Shown here piece after piece: positions 1 through 13,715 of a DNA stretch of 64,000 nt. Source of the DNA: Rhabdothermincola salaria (GTDB taxonomy: Bacteria > Actinomycetota > Acidimicrobiia > Acidimicrobiales > Acidimicrobilacustridaceae); NCBI RefSeq assembly GCF_021246445.1, contig NZ_JAJQXW010000001.1, positions 124,001 to 188,000 of the forward strand. Direction: 5' to 3'. The notes beneath the pieces were generated by a model. That model saw only the letters and a program-made list of their open reading frames with translations. It did no database searches and was not told the origin of the DNA. The number at the start of each line of letters is the position of its first letter. The stretch's first letter is position 1. The translations under genes and the position numbers were made by a program.

Positions 1-209
1 TGGCGTCGGGCCTGGCCGAGCACGCCATCGAGCTGGGTGGGCACGTCCACCTGGGCCTCGAGTTCCACCACGGTGACCGCACCCCCGGCAACGTGGAGCT
101 GGTCACCGAGGCGGTGGCTGTCTGCGAGCGGCTCGGCGTCGAGGTCGCCACATGCGACCAGACCGCCGAGATCCTCGGGCTGCCCCGCCGGGAGCACCTG
201 ACGATCTGA
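1..209 (+). CDS. 3' end of beta-keto acid cleavage enzyme (BKACE/DUF849, Kce-like) family protein, 5' truncated by window
   Basis: Frame 3 reads ...AIELGGHVHLGLEFHHGDRTPGNVELVTEAVAVCERLGVEVATCDQTAEILGL...*, similar to the Kce C-terminus (GGHVRVGLED...NxxLV...AT..EA.xILGL); TGA at 207-209. Confidence 0.7.
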   Translation, partial: ASGLAEHAIELGGHVHLGLEFHHGDRTPGNVELVTEAVAVCERLGVEVATCDQTAEILGLPRREHLTI

Positions 210-290
210 CCGTCGGCTCGGGCCCCGGCTGCGAGTGGAGGCGCGGGTACGGCCCGTCACCGGGGCGAGGCGGGGCGGTACCGTGCGCCC

Positions 291-1694
291 ATGGGTGACG
301 TCGAGGAGCAGGGCGCGGCGATCTTCGATCTCGATCGCACGTTGTTGCGCGGCGCCAGCGGCCCCGTCATCTCGGCGTCGCTGCGGGCCGCGGGGCTGCT
401 GCCCGATCGCTCGGTGCCGGGCGAGGGGCTGCTCTTCGGGTTGTTCGACCTGGTCGGTGAGATCCGTCCGTCGATGATGCTCACCCGCCAGGCGGTCAAG
501 GCGGCCAAGGGGTGGGACCGCGAGGTCGTGCGGGAGGCGGGACGGCAGGCGGCGGAGCGCCTGGCCGACGAGGTCCAACCGTGGGCCCGCGTCATCATCG
601 ACGACCACCAGCGCGACGGTCGCCCGGTGGTGCTGGCCACCACCACGCCCTACGACCTCGTGGAGCCCCTGGCCACCATGTTGGGGTTCGACGCCATCGT
701 CGCCACCCGGTACCGGGTCGACGAGACGGGGTGCTACGACGGGACCTTCGACGGCGAGTTCGTGTGGGGGAAGGGCAAGTTGGCGGCGGTCACCGCTTGG
801 GCCGGCGAGAACGGCATCGCCCTGCGCGAGTGCTGGGCCTACTCCGACAGCTTCTACGACCGGCCCCTGCTCGACGCGGTGGGCCAGCCCGTCGCCGTCA
901 ACCCCGACCCTCGCCTGGCCGCCTACGCGGTGCTACGTCGCTGGCCGGTGCAGTTCCTCGACGCCCCACCGGGCGTGCCCAAGGTGCTGGGCATCGAGCC
1001 ACAGACCGCCGCCTTCCCCTTCCTGCGCAACGAGCTCATGCCCTGGGTGCGCTTCGAGGTGATGGGCACCGAGCACATCCCCGAGCACGGGCCGGCGCTG
1101 CTGTGCTCCAACCACCGCAGCTACTTCGACCCTCTGGCGGTGGGGTACGCGGCTGCCCGCCGCGGCCGCCCCATCCGCTTCCTGGGCAAGAAGGAGGTGT
1201 TCGACGCGCCGGTGGTGGGTGATCTGGCCCGGGCGATGGGGGGCATCCGGGTCGAACGGGGGACGGGTTCCGACGAGCCGCTGCTCGAGGCCGCCGACTG
1301 CCTGCGGGCGGGCGAGATCGTGGCCATCCTCCCGCAGGGGACCATCCCCCGGGGCCTCAACTTCTTCGACCCGGTGCTGCGGGGCAAGTGGGGCGCCGCC
1401 CGCCTGGCGGCGGAGATGGCGGAGGAGGGGCGACCCGTGGCGGTCGTCCCCATGGGGCTGTGGGGCACCGAGAAGGTCTGGCCCCGCAACGCCCGGCTGC
1501 CCAACCTGCTCAACGTCTTCGACCCGCCGACCGTGCGGGTGCAGCTCGGCCCGCCGGTCGAGCTGGGCCTCCACGACCCGGCAGCGGACACCGAGGCGAT
1601 CATGGCGGCCATCGTCGACCTCCTGCCCCCCGAGGCCCGGGAGCGCCACGAGCCCACGCCGGGCGAGCTGGCCCGCTCTCTGCCCCCGGCCTGA
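291..1694 (+). CDS. HAD-IB phosphatase / 1-acyl-sn-glycerol-3-phosphate acyltransferase fusion (mycobacterial PlsC-like)
   Basis: N-terminal FDLDRT HAD motif I, YSDSFYD and AVNPD; C-terminal NHRSYFD (HX4D) and PQGT acyltransferase motifs; TACCGT-6nt-ATG leaderless start. Confidence 0.9.
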   Translation: MGDVEEQGAAIFDLDRTLLRGASGPVISASLRAAGLLPDRSVPGEGLLFGLFDLVGEIRPSMMLTRQAVKAAKGWDREVVREAGRQAAERLADEVQPWARVIIDDHQRDGRPVVLATTTPYDLVEPLATMLGFDAIVATRYRVDETGCYDGTFDGEFVWGKGKLAAVTAWAGENGIALRECWAYSDSFYDRPLLDAVGQPVAVNPDPRLAAYAVLRRWPVQFLDAPPGVPKVLGIEPQTAAFPFLRNELMPWVRFEVMGTEHIPEHGPALLCSNHRSYFDPLAVGYAAARRGRPIRFLGKKEVFDAPVVGDLARAMGGIRVERGTGSDEPLLEAADCLRAGEIVAILPQGTIPRGLNFFDPVLRGKWGAARLAAEMAEEGRPVAVVPMGLWGTEKVWPRNARLPNLLNVFDPPTVRVQLGPPVELGLHDPAADTEAIMAAIVDLLPPEARERHEPTPGELARSLPPA

Positions 1695-1705
1695 GCCGGA
1701 GCGCG

Positions 1706-1735
1706 ACGAGGGCGCCCGCAGAGGGGCGCCCTCGT
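1706..1735. terminator. Hairpin between convergent genes (probable bidirectional terminator)
   Basis: ACGAGGGCGCCC-gcagag-GGGCGCCCTCGT, perfect 12-bp stem. Confidence 0.65.
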
Positions 1736-1764
1736 GAGTGGTGCCTCGCCGTGGACGGCGTGGA

Positions 1765-4041
1765 TCAGCTGTTCTGGCGGGCCCGGATGATGTTGAGGGC
1801 GCCGCCGGCGCGGAACCACTCGATCTGCTCATCGTTCATGGTGTGGTTGGCCTCGAAGTCGACGGTGGTGCCGTCGGGCTTCACGATCTGGCACCGCACC
1901 GGGGTGTCGGGGGCCAGATCGGCCAGACCGAGCACGCTGATGCGGTCGTCCTGGTCGACGGCGTCGTAGGTGGCCGGGTCGGCGAAGGTCAGCGGCAGCA
2001 CGCCCTGCTTCTTGAGGTTGGTCTCGTGGATGCGGGCGAAGCTGCGGGTGAACACGACCCGGGCGCCCCGGAAGCGGGGCTCCATGGCGGCGTGCTCGCG
2101 TGACGAGCCCTCGCCGTAGTTCTCGTCGCCGATGGCCACCCAGGGCTGACCGGCCTCGTGGTAGTGCCGGGCGATGTCGGGGTAGCTCTTGGTCTGGCCG
2201 TCGAGGTGGTCCTTGCCCATGCCGACCTCGTCGGTGAAGGCGTTGACCGCGCCGATGAAGAGGTTGCCGGAGATGTTCTCGAGGTGGCCGCGGTACTTCA
2301 GCCACGGGCCGGCCGCCGAGATGTGGTCGGTGGTGCACTTGCCCTTGGCCTTCATGAGCACGGGCAGGGCCACGAAGTCCTGGCCGTCCCACGCCTCGAA
2401 GGGCTCGAGGAGCTGGAGGCGATCGGACTCCGGCGACACCTTGACGTCGACGCCGCTGCGGTCGGCGGGCGGGGCCAGGAACCCGCTGTCGCCGCCGGTG
2501 AAGCCCTTGGCGGGCAGCTCCTCGCCGACCGGTACCTCGAGGCGGACCTCGGAGCCGTCGCGGGCGGTGAGGGTGTCGCTCACCGGGTCGAAGTCGACCC
2601 GCCCGGCGAGGGCAAGGGCGATGACGGTCTCTGGCGAGGTCACGAACGACAGGGTGGAGGCCAGCCCGTCGTTGCGCTTCGGGAAGTTGCGGTTGTAGGA
2701 GTTGACGATGACGTTGGCGTCGCCCTCCTCGACGTCGCTGCGCGACCACTGGCCGATGCACGGGCCGCAGGCGTTGGCCAGCACGGTGGCGCCCAGCGCC
2801 TCCAGGTCGGCGAGCAGGCCGTCGCGCTCGATGGTGGCGCGCACCTGCTCGGAGCCCGGGGTGACGAGCAGCGAGGTCTTGAGCTCGAGGCCCTTGTCGG
2901 CGGCGAAGCGGGCGATGCTGGCCGCCCGGCTGATGTCCTCGTAGGAGGAGTTGGTGCACGACCCGACCAGGGCGGCTGAGATCTCCATGGGCCAGCCCTC
3001 GGTGGCGGCCTCGGCGCCGAGCTCGCTGACCGGGCGCGCCCGGTCCGGCGTGTGGGGGCCGTTGATGAGGGGGCGCAGCTCGGAGAGGTCGATCTCGATG
3101 ACCTCGTCGAAGTACTGCTGGGGGTCGGCGTAGACCTCGTCGTCGGCGCGCAGGTCGCCGGCCACGGCATCGGCGGCGCTGGCGATGGCCTCGCGGCCGG
3201 TGCTCTTGAGGTACCGCGACATGGCTTCGTCGTAGGCGAACAGCGAGGTGGTGGCGCCGATCTCGGCGCCCATGTTGCAGATGGTGGCCTTGCCGGTGCA
3301 CGAGAGGGACTCGGCGCCCGGGCCGAAGTACTCGACGATGGCGCCGGTGCCGCCCTTCACGGTGAGGATCTCGGCCACCTTCAGGATGACGTCCTTGGGG
3401 GCGGACCAGCCGCTGAGGGTGCCGGTGAGCTTGACGCCGATGAGCTTGGGCCAGCGCACGTTGAACGGGTAGCCGGTCATGACGTCGACGGCGTCGGCGC
3501 CGCCGACGCCGATGGCCACCATGCCGAGACCGCCGGCGTTGGGGGTGTGGCTGTCGGTGCCGATCATCATGCCGCCCGGGAAGGCGTACTGCTCGAGCAC
3601 GACCTGGTGGATGATGCCCGATCCCGGTCGCCAGAAGCCGATGCCGTACTTGGCCGACACCGACTCGAGGAAGTCGTAGACCTCGGCGTTGACGTCGATG
3701 GCGGTGGCCAGGTCCTGCTTGCCCTCGACCTTGGCCTGGATCAGGTGGTCGCAGTGCACCGTGGAGGGCACGGCGACCTCGGGGAGCCCAGCGGTCATGA
3801 ACTGCAGCAGGGCCATCTGGGCGGTGGCGTCCTGCATGGCGACGCGGTCGGGATCGAGGTCGGTGTAGCTGCGACCCCGCTCGAGCCCCCCGGTCTCGGG
3901 GTCGCGCAGGTGGTTGACGAGCACCTTCTCGGCGAAGGTGAGCCCTCGTCCGAGCCGGCGGCGGCCGATCTCCATGCGCTCGGGGAGCTGTCCGTAGATG
4001 GACTCGATGAGGTCGATCGGGGTGTTGGCAGCGACGGCCAT
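1765..4041 (-). CDS. acn: Aconitate hydratase (mitochondrial/Bacteroidetes-type)
   Basis: [74 protein letters not shown]; start set at MAVAAN. Confidence 0.95.
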   Translation of the reverse strand: MAVAANTPIDLIESIYGQLPERMEIGRRRLGRGLTFAEKVLVNHLRDPETGGLERGRSYTDLDPDRVAMQDATAQMALLQFMTAGLPEVAVPSTVHCDHLIQAKVEGKQDLATAIDVNAEVYDFLESVSAKYGIGFWRPGSGIIHQVVLEQYAFPGGMMIGTDSHTPNAGGLGMVAIGVGGADAVDVMTGYPFNVRWPKLIGVKLTGTLSGWSAPKDVILKVAEILTVKGGTGAIVEYFGPGAESLSCTGKATICNMGAEIGATTSLFAYDEAMSRYLKSTGREAIASAADAVAGDLRADDEVYADPQQYFDEVIEIDLSELRPLINGPHTPDRARPVSELGAEAATEGWPMEISAALVGSCTNSSYEDISRAASIARFAADKGLELKTSLLVTPGSEQVRATIERDGLLADLEALGATVLANACGPCIGQWSRSDVEEGDANVIVNSYNRNFPKRNDGLASTLSFVTSPETVIALALAGRVDFDPVSDTLTARDGSEVRLEVPVGEELPAKGFTGGDSGFLAPPADRSGVDVKVSPESDRLQLLEPFEAWDGQDFVALPVLMKAKGKCTTDHISAAGPWLKYRGHLENISGNLFIGAVNAFTDEVGMGKDHLDGQTKSYPDIARHYHEAGQPWVAIGDENYGEGSSREHAAMEPRFRGARVVFTRSFARIHETNLKKQGVLPLTFADPATYDAVDQDDRISVLGLADLAPDTPVRCQIVKPDGTTVDFEANHTMNDEQIEWFRAGGALNIIRARQNS

Positions 4042-4135
4042 GGCGTCTCGGTCTTTCGGTCGGGCCGCCCGGAGCGGCGTGACGGGTGCGGTGAGGAGGA
4101 GGGGCCGGCGCGATGCGGCTTGCCGAGCCCAACGA

Positions 4136-4157
4136 TGTAGACAAGTATAGGACAAGT
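4136..4157. promoter_or_regulatory. Candidate GntR/HutC operator between divergent aconitase and GntR genes
   Basis: AT-rich TGTAGACAAGTATAGGACAAGT with GACAAGT repeated 11 bp apart, overlapping the GntR start. Confidence 0.45.
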
Positions 4158-4887
4158 GAGGGAGACCCGGTACCAGACCATCGCCGACGACCTGCGTCGC
4201 CGCCTCGAGTCGGGTGACCTCGGGACGTCCCGCCTCCTCCCCAGCGAGTCGGAGCTCTCCGAAGCGTACGCGGCGTCGCGGGTGACCGTCCGCCGAGCCC
4301 TCGAGGTGCTGCGCGAGGCAGGCCTCGTCGACTCCCGCCAGGGCTTCGGCTGGTTCGTGGCCACCGACCCGCTGCGCCAGAGCCTGGGCCGGCTCGGCAC
4401 CATCGAACGTCAGCTCACCGACGAGGGGGTCGAGTCCACCCGCCAGGTGCTCGACTTCCGGTTCGTCGACGCCCCGGCCCGGGCCCGCCAGGTCCTCGGG
4501 TGCGACACCGTCCTACGGGTGCGAAGGCTCAACCTGGCCGACGGCGAGCCCTTCGCCCTGGTCACGGTGTGGTGCCCGGAGGAGTACGGTGCCGAGCTCA
4601 GCCGAGCCGACGTCGAGCGAACACCCTTCTACGAGCTGCTCGGCATCGCGCTGGGAGGCGCGGTGCAGACCATCGGCGCGGCCGCGGCCACCGCCGCCGA
4701 CGCCGATCAGTTGCGGGTGCCGGTCGGATCGCCGGTGCTGCGCTGCGAGCGGATCACCCGCTCCGTCGACGACGAGCCGGTGCTGCTCTCCGAGCACGTG
4801 TTCCCGGCCCACCTCACGGTGTTCGTCGTGGACCTGCCCCACGCCGAGGCCTCCATGGCCCCGAGCGGGCTCCGCCTGGTCGAGTAG
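4156..4887 (+). CDS. GntR family (HutC/UTRA) transcriptional regulator
   Basis: [12 protein letters not shown]...[22 protein letters not shown]...GFGWFV winged HTH followed by a UTRA-like domain. Confidence 0.92.
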   Translation: MRETRYQTIADDLRRRLESGDLGTSRLLPSESELSEAYAASRVTVRRALEVLREAGLVDSRQGFGWFVATDPLRQSLGRLGTIERQLTDEGVESTRQVLDFRFVDAPARARQVLGCDTVLRVRRLNLADGEPFALVTVWCPEEYGAELSRADVERTPFYELLGIALGGAVQTIGAAAATAADADQLRVPVGSPVLRCERITRSVDDEPVLLSEHVFPAHLTVFVVDLPHAEASMAPSGLRLVE

Positions 4888-4947
4888 CCACCGCGACGGC
4901 CCTGTCGCCCTGCGCGGCGCGCTCGGCGCCCGAGGCGTGCCCGTCGA

Positions 4948-5523
4948 TCAGTTCGCCGAGTCGGCGGGCACCGTGGTCGTCGTGGTGTTCAGCTGATCCA
5001 TGATGTCGGTGAGGATGTCGGGGTTGCGGATGAAGATGATGAGGTAGACGATCGACACGGTCGTGCCGATCACCCCCATCGCGATGGCGGCGGTCCCCAG
5101 CCCCTCACCCCGGACCCGGCCACCCGACGCCGCCACCCGCCGACGGGCGAGGACGCCCATGGTGATGGCCGTGGGCCCCAGGACCACGCCGAGGATCCCG
5201 GCGATCCCGCACAGCAACGAGGCGATGCCGGCGATGAGCGCTCCCACGGCCAGGCCGTCGTTCTTGGCCGGGGCCCAGGGCTCGCCCTGACCCCACCCCT
5301 GCGAGGGGACGCCGGGGGGTGGTGGCGTGGGGCCGTCCGCCGAGGGGGGCCAGGCCGGGTTGTAGCCGGGCGGCACCGCCCCGGGCGTGCCCGGCGCCTC
5401 GCCGGGGAAGGGGGGCGGGAAGTCCTCGGGGCGGGGATCGGCGGGTGGGCGGTCCTCGGGCGGCAGCGGGTTGCCCCACGGGTCTCGGGGTGCGTCGTCG
5501 CCGCTGCGGGGGTCGTCACTCAT
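4948..5523 (-). CDS. DUF4190-like membrane protein with Pro-rich N-terminus
   Basis: NDGLAVGALIAGIASLLCG...GPTAITMGVLARRR...GEGLGTAAIAMGVIG two-TM pattern. Confidence 0.8.
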   Translation of the reverse strand: MSDDPRSGDDAPRDPWGNPLPPEDRPPADPRPEDFPPPFPGEAPGTPGAVPPGYNPAWPPSADGPTPPPPGVPSQGWGQGEPWAPAKNDGLAVGALIAGIASLLCGIAGILGVVLGPTAITMGVLARRRVAASGGRVRGEGLGTAAIAMGVIGTTVSIVYLIIFIRNPDILTDIMDQLNTTTTTVPADSAN

Positions 5524-5536
5524 GGCGGGGGCGAGG

Positions 5537-6064
5537 CTACCGGCTCGTCCCGCGGTGATCGGAGGCGGTCGCCGCGGACCCGCGACGGTGCCGTCGGACC
5601 GCACCGATCGCCAGCGCGGCGACCCCCACGGGCACCAGCACGACCGCCAGGTCGACCAGGCTCGGTCGCACCGGCCGATCGGTGGCGAGGGCGACGGCGG
5701 AGAGGACCATGAGGCCGAGGTTCCGCACGATCTCCACCACGGAGAGAGGGTCACGTCGCGCCGATCCGAAGCAGGCGCAGGGGGCCACCACCCCGGCCCG
5801 CAGCCGTCCGACGAGGAAGGTGGTGAAGAAGGCGAGCGTGACGAGCGCACCGATGGCGCCGGCGGCCGGCACGATCAACAACAAGGCGACGACCGACAGC
5901 TCGGCGACCGGCACGAACACGGCGAGGACCCGGGCCCGCGGCAGGCCGAGCGCCTCGAAGTCCCGGGCCGTGCCGGCCGGATCGCGCAGCTTCGTCGCCC
6001 CGGCCACGGCGAACACGGCAGCCACCACCACTGCTGCCACGTAGCCGATGCCGCTCGCCGTCAT
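5537..6064 (-). CDS. MauE/DoxX family membrane protein
   Basis: VFAVAGATKL, PVAEL, APCACFG, RNL motifs; CAGACT-6nt-ATG start. Confidence 0.85.
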   Translation of the reverse strand: MTASGIGYVAAVVVAAVFAVAGATKLRDPAGTARDFEALGLPRARVLAVFVPVAELSVVALLLIVPAAGAIGALVTLAFFTTFLVGRLRAGVVAPCACFGSARRDPLSVVEIVRNLGLMVLSAVALATDRPVRPSLVDLAVVLVPVGVAALAIGAVRRHRRGSAATASDHRGTSR

Positions 6065-6093
6065 GGGGCCAGTCTGGCCCGCCCCGACGACGA

Positions 6094-10620
<4,527 letters not shown>

Positions 10621-10772
10621 GCGTGTCTCCTCTGCAGCGGATGGTCGGATCGATTCGTTGGCGCCGACCCGTCATCGCCGGCCCGCCGGCGATGGGTCGT
10701 CGCCCAGACGATCGGGGACGTCAACGTCATTGGTGAACGTGGCGCCGTTGCCCATCAGCCCCGACCGGGCTG

Positions 10773-10810
10773 ACCGCTACCTTACCCACCCGCCCGTGGG
10801 GTAGTCCGGT
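10773..10810. terminator. Imperfect stem-loop downstream of the SGNH gene and upstream of gltB
   Basis: ACCG-CTACC-tta-CCCAC...GTGGG-GTAG-tc-CGGT. Confidence 0.35.
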
Positions 10811-10827
10811 CGCCATCGGGTCGTGGT

Positions 10828-12576
10828 TCAGCCGGTGAAGGCTGGGACGAGCGGTGCCGTCGCGGGAGTGGCACCCGCCCCGACGGCGAGGACCACCGTG
10901 GTGACCTCACCAGTGCCGTAGTGGTCGGCCGCCACGTAGGTGAAGCGGTCGTCGCCGACGAAGCCGTCGGCCGGGCGGTAGGTGAAGCTCCCGTCGGAAC
11001 GCAGCTCGAGGGTTCCGTGGGCCGGCGGGTCGACCATGCGGGCGGTGATGCCGTCGGCGGGTACGACGAGGCGGAGGTCGTCGCCCTCGGCCACGGCGTG
11101 GGGCCCGTCGGCGGCGCCGGCCGCCCCCAGCAGGACAGGGTCGGTGCCGGTGTCGTTGGCCAACACCCCTGGGGCGGGCACGTCGGTGGCGCCGACCACG
11201 TCGAAGCGGTCGGCGCTGCTCTGCGGGCGCACCGTCACCAACTGGTCCTGGAGGATCACGTTGGGCTCGCCGTCGGCGTTCTTGCCGGTGCCCCGCACAC
11301 AGGTGCCGCTCCTGGGATCCCCGTCGTTCCACACCTGGGTCAGGCAGTTGCGCAGGGCCAGCTGAGCCCAGTAGTCGGGATGCAGCGACTCCTGCTGGAA
11401 GTGGGAGGTGCCGGCGGTGTTGATGTAGATCATGTTGACCCACTCGGTCCGGTCGACGGCGTCCGCTTGCGTCCACGACGTCACCCCTCCGGCCTGGAGC
11501 TGGTCGACGCCCGTCTCGCACAGCCGCCGACCCGTGAGCAGGGGGCTCAGCTCCAGCGTGACGATGTCACCACCGGCCTCGGCCACGGCCGCGCGCACGG
11601 TGCTGTTGACCACGCCGAGCACGTCGTTGACCATCCAGTTGGCGTCGGTGTCCCAGAACCCGCAGCCACCGGTGGTCTGACGGGTGTAGCCGGACTCGGA
11701 GTAGCGGAAGTTGCTCCCGTAGGGGAGAGGCTGGGGGTAGGTCTGCACCACGAGTGTGTAGTCGCCCTCGGCGTGACCGGCGGCGTCCATGGCGGTGCGG
11801 ATGTTGGCGATGGCACCGACGATCTTGCCCTGCACCTCCTCGGCCGCGGTCGCGGAGACCTTGGCCCGCTGGGCGGCGTCGGTGTGGCAGGTGTAGGTGG
11901 CGAAGACGTTGGAGGAGAGGAAGTCCTCGACACAGGCGGTGGCGATGCCGGACACGTCGAAGTCGTTGCCGCCGATGGACAGCACGATCAGCCCCACGTC
12001 CTCGCCGGCGGCGAACTCCTGGAGCATGAGGGCCTGGCCCTTGTTCCCCTTACCGTCGTCGTAGAAGTCGATGCCGGGCTTGAAGGCGTCGGTCAGGTAC
12101 CCGTTGGACCAGTAGGTGTTGGTCTGGGCGCCGCTGCAGGCCAGGTTGAGGGTGTTGAGCCCGGTGGCGGCGCCGTCGTCGCGGATGTGGACCTCGGCGG
12201 ACTTGGAGCGGTGGCAGAGGGGGATCAGCTCGCCGGTGTCGGTGGGGTTGTCGAAGTAGGCGGTGGGTCCGAGGGCATCGTTGGCGCTCTCGGGCAGGGT
12301 GGAGGTGTTGCCGGCCCAGCGGCCGGCTTCGCCCGAGATGTAGGAGTCACCCAGCGAGATGATCCACGGCTCTCCGTTCGCCGGCGCCGCCGACCCGTCC
12401 GGTGACGGGCTCGAGGTCGAGGTCGTGGCGCTCTCGGAGCGCGGGTCGTCCGTCGACGTCTGGGCGGCGGCCACCCCGGCGAAGGGTGCCGTCACGACGG
12501 CGATCAGCGCCGCTGCCACCGCGACGACGCCGAGTCGTCGGCGGGTGGGTGCGGAGGGCGGCAGGGTTCGAGGCAT
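10828..12576 (-). CDS. Secreted SGNH/GDSL (SEST-like) hydrolase with C-terminal Ig/cadherin-like (Big_9/tandem-95) domain
   Basis: Signal peptide (RRR + hydrophobic + AAA/Q), SLGDSYISG, NLACSGA, SIGGND, ESLHP; GVLAND...PAHGTLELRSDGSFTYRP...GDDRFTY; ends VPAFTG. Confidence 0.8.
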   Translation of the reverse strand: MPRTLPPSAPTRRRLGVVAVAAALIAVVTAPFAGVAAAQTSTDDPRSESATTSTSSPSPDGSAAPANGEPWIISLGDSYISGEAGRWAGNTSTLPESANDALGPTAYFDNPTDTGELIPLCHRSKSAEVHIRDDGAATGLNTLNLACSGAQTNTYWSNGYLTDAFKPGIDFYDDGKGNKGQALMLQEFAAGEDVGLIVLSIGGNDFDVSGIATACVEDFLSSNVFATYTCHTDAAQRAKVSATAAEEVQGKIVGAIANIRTAMDAAGHAEGDYTLVVQTYPQPLPYGSNFRYSESGYTRQTTGGCGFWDTDANWMVNDVLGVVNSTVRAAVAEAGGDIVTLELSPLLTGRRLCETGVDQLQAGGVTSWTQADAVDRTEWVNMIYINTAGTSHFQQESLHPDYWAQLALRNCLTQVWNDGDPRSGTCVRGTGKNADGEPNVILQDQLVTVRPQSSADRFDVVGATDVPAPGVLANDTGTDPVLLGAAGAADGPHAVAEGDDLRLVVPADGITARMVDPPAHGTLELRSDGSFTYRPADGFVGDDRFTYVAADHYGTGEVTTVVLAVGAGATPATAPLVPAFTG

Positions 12577-12661
12577 CGATGGCTCCCGGGACGTGGACCC
12601 GTCGATCTTGTCAGCTCGCCCGGTGGGGCGGACGGCAAGGTCTGGCTTGGCGCGGGGTGGG

Positions 12662-13702
12662 TCAGACCTCGGGCCAGGCGCGACGGGGCCGGCGCCGGCC
12701 GCCTCGTCGGTCGCCGAGGGCCCACGTGCGGCGCCATGCCCCGACACCCGGACCCTGCAGCGACGGGGTCTCCCCGGCCGCGGCCCGCTTGCGGGCCTGC
12801 CACCAGTCGCTGCCGGCCTCGTCGGCCAGAGCGGCCACGGCTCGTTCGATGCGCACCGCCATGTTGCGGGAGTCGTCGTCGGGCCCGGGCACGATGGGGT
12901 CGCCGAAGGTGACGGTGGTGGGGGTGGGGCGGGGCACGTTCTTGCCCTTGCGCAGGATGCGCCCGGTGCCTTCGAGGTGGACGGGCACCACGGGCACCCG
13001 GCAGCGGATGGCCAGGTAGGCGGCGCCGCCGCGGAAGGCCTGGCCCCACCCGTCGGGGGAGCGTCCGCCCTCCGGGAAGATGAGCATGCTCCACCCGTCG
13101 TCGATCAGCTCGGCCGCCTGGTCGGCGGACGTGCGGGTCACCTTGGTGCGCTCGATCGGGATGGCGCCGATGACCAGGGCCGACAGGGTGGAGGTGACCC
13201 GGTTGCCGAAGAAGTAGTCGGCGGCCGCGCCGATGAAGAGGTGGTGCCGCCACGGTTCGGGGATGACCGACAGCATCAGGGGGGTGTCGACGTGGCTGTG
13301 GTGGTTGGCGGCGAAGACCACCGGTCCGTCGAGGTCGGCGAGGCGGTCGGTGCCCTTGACGGTGGGGGTGGCCAGCAGGTCCATGGTGGGACGCACGACG
13401 CCCTCGACCAGCAGGACCCGGGCGGCGCGGGCCGGATAGGACCGGGCCCACTCGGTGTCGTAGGCGGCGCCCACCTTGCTCTCGGCCGGAGGCACCTCGA
13501 CCCCTGCCGGCACCGTGGGAGCGCGGAGGGGCGCCGGCAGGGCGCGTCCCAGGGCGGCTGCGCCGGCGCGCCCGGCCGTGCCCGCCGCAGTGCGGTTCAC
13601 CGGGAGGCGCTTGACGAGCTCGACGGCCTGGGACCGCGTGATCGGCATGCGCCGACCGGTCCAGTCTCCGAGGCCACCGTTGCCGGTGCTGTGACGGCTC
13701 AT
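12662..13702 (-). CDS. Lysophospholipid/glycerolipid acyltransferase (PlsC family)
   Basis: ANHHSHVD (HX4D), IFPEGGRS, PVVPV motifs. Confidence 0.9.
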   Translation of the reverse strand: MSRHSTGNGGLGDWTGRRMPITRSQAVELVKRLPVNRTAAGTAGRAGAAALGRALPAPLRAPTVPAGVEVPPAESKVGAAYDTEWARSYPARAARVLLVEGVVRPTMDLLATPTVKGTDRLADLDGPVVFAANHHSHVDTPLMLSVIPEPWRHHLFIGAAADYFFGNRVTSTLSALVIGAIPIERTKVTRTSADQAAELIDDGWSMLIFPEGGRSPDGWGQAFRGGAAYLAIRCRVPVVPVHLEGTGRILRKGKNVPRPTPTTVTFGDPIVPGPDDDSRNMAVRIERAVAALADEAGSDWWQARKRAAAGETPSLQGPGVGAWRRTWALGDRRGGRRRPRRAWPEV

Positions 13703-13715
13703 GATCTCGCCGGCC

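Noticed and set aside
10719..10740. GlnR box upstream of gltB (GTCAAC...GTGAAC)
   Set aside because: Spacing and half-sites do not fit gTnAc-n6-GaAAc well enough to call by eye.
12577..12661. Riboswitch upstream of the secreted SGNH gene
   Set aside because: No recognisable c-di-GMP, c-di-AMP, SAM, TPP or cobalamin consensus in this short spacer.
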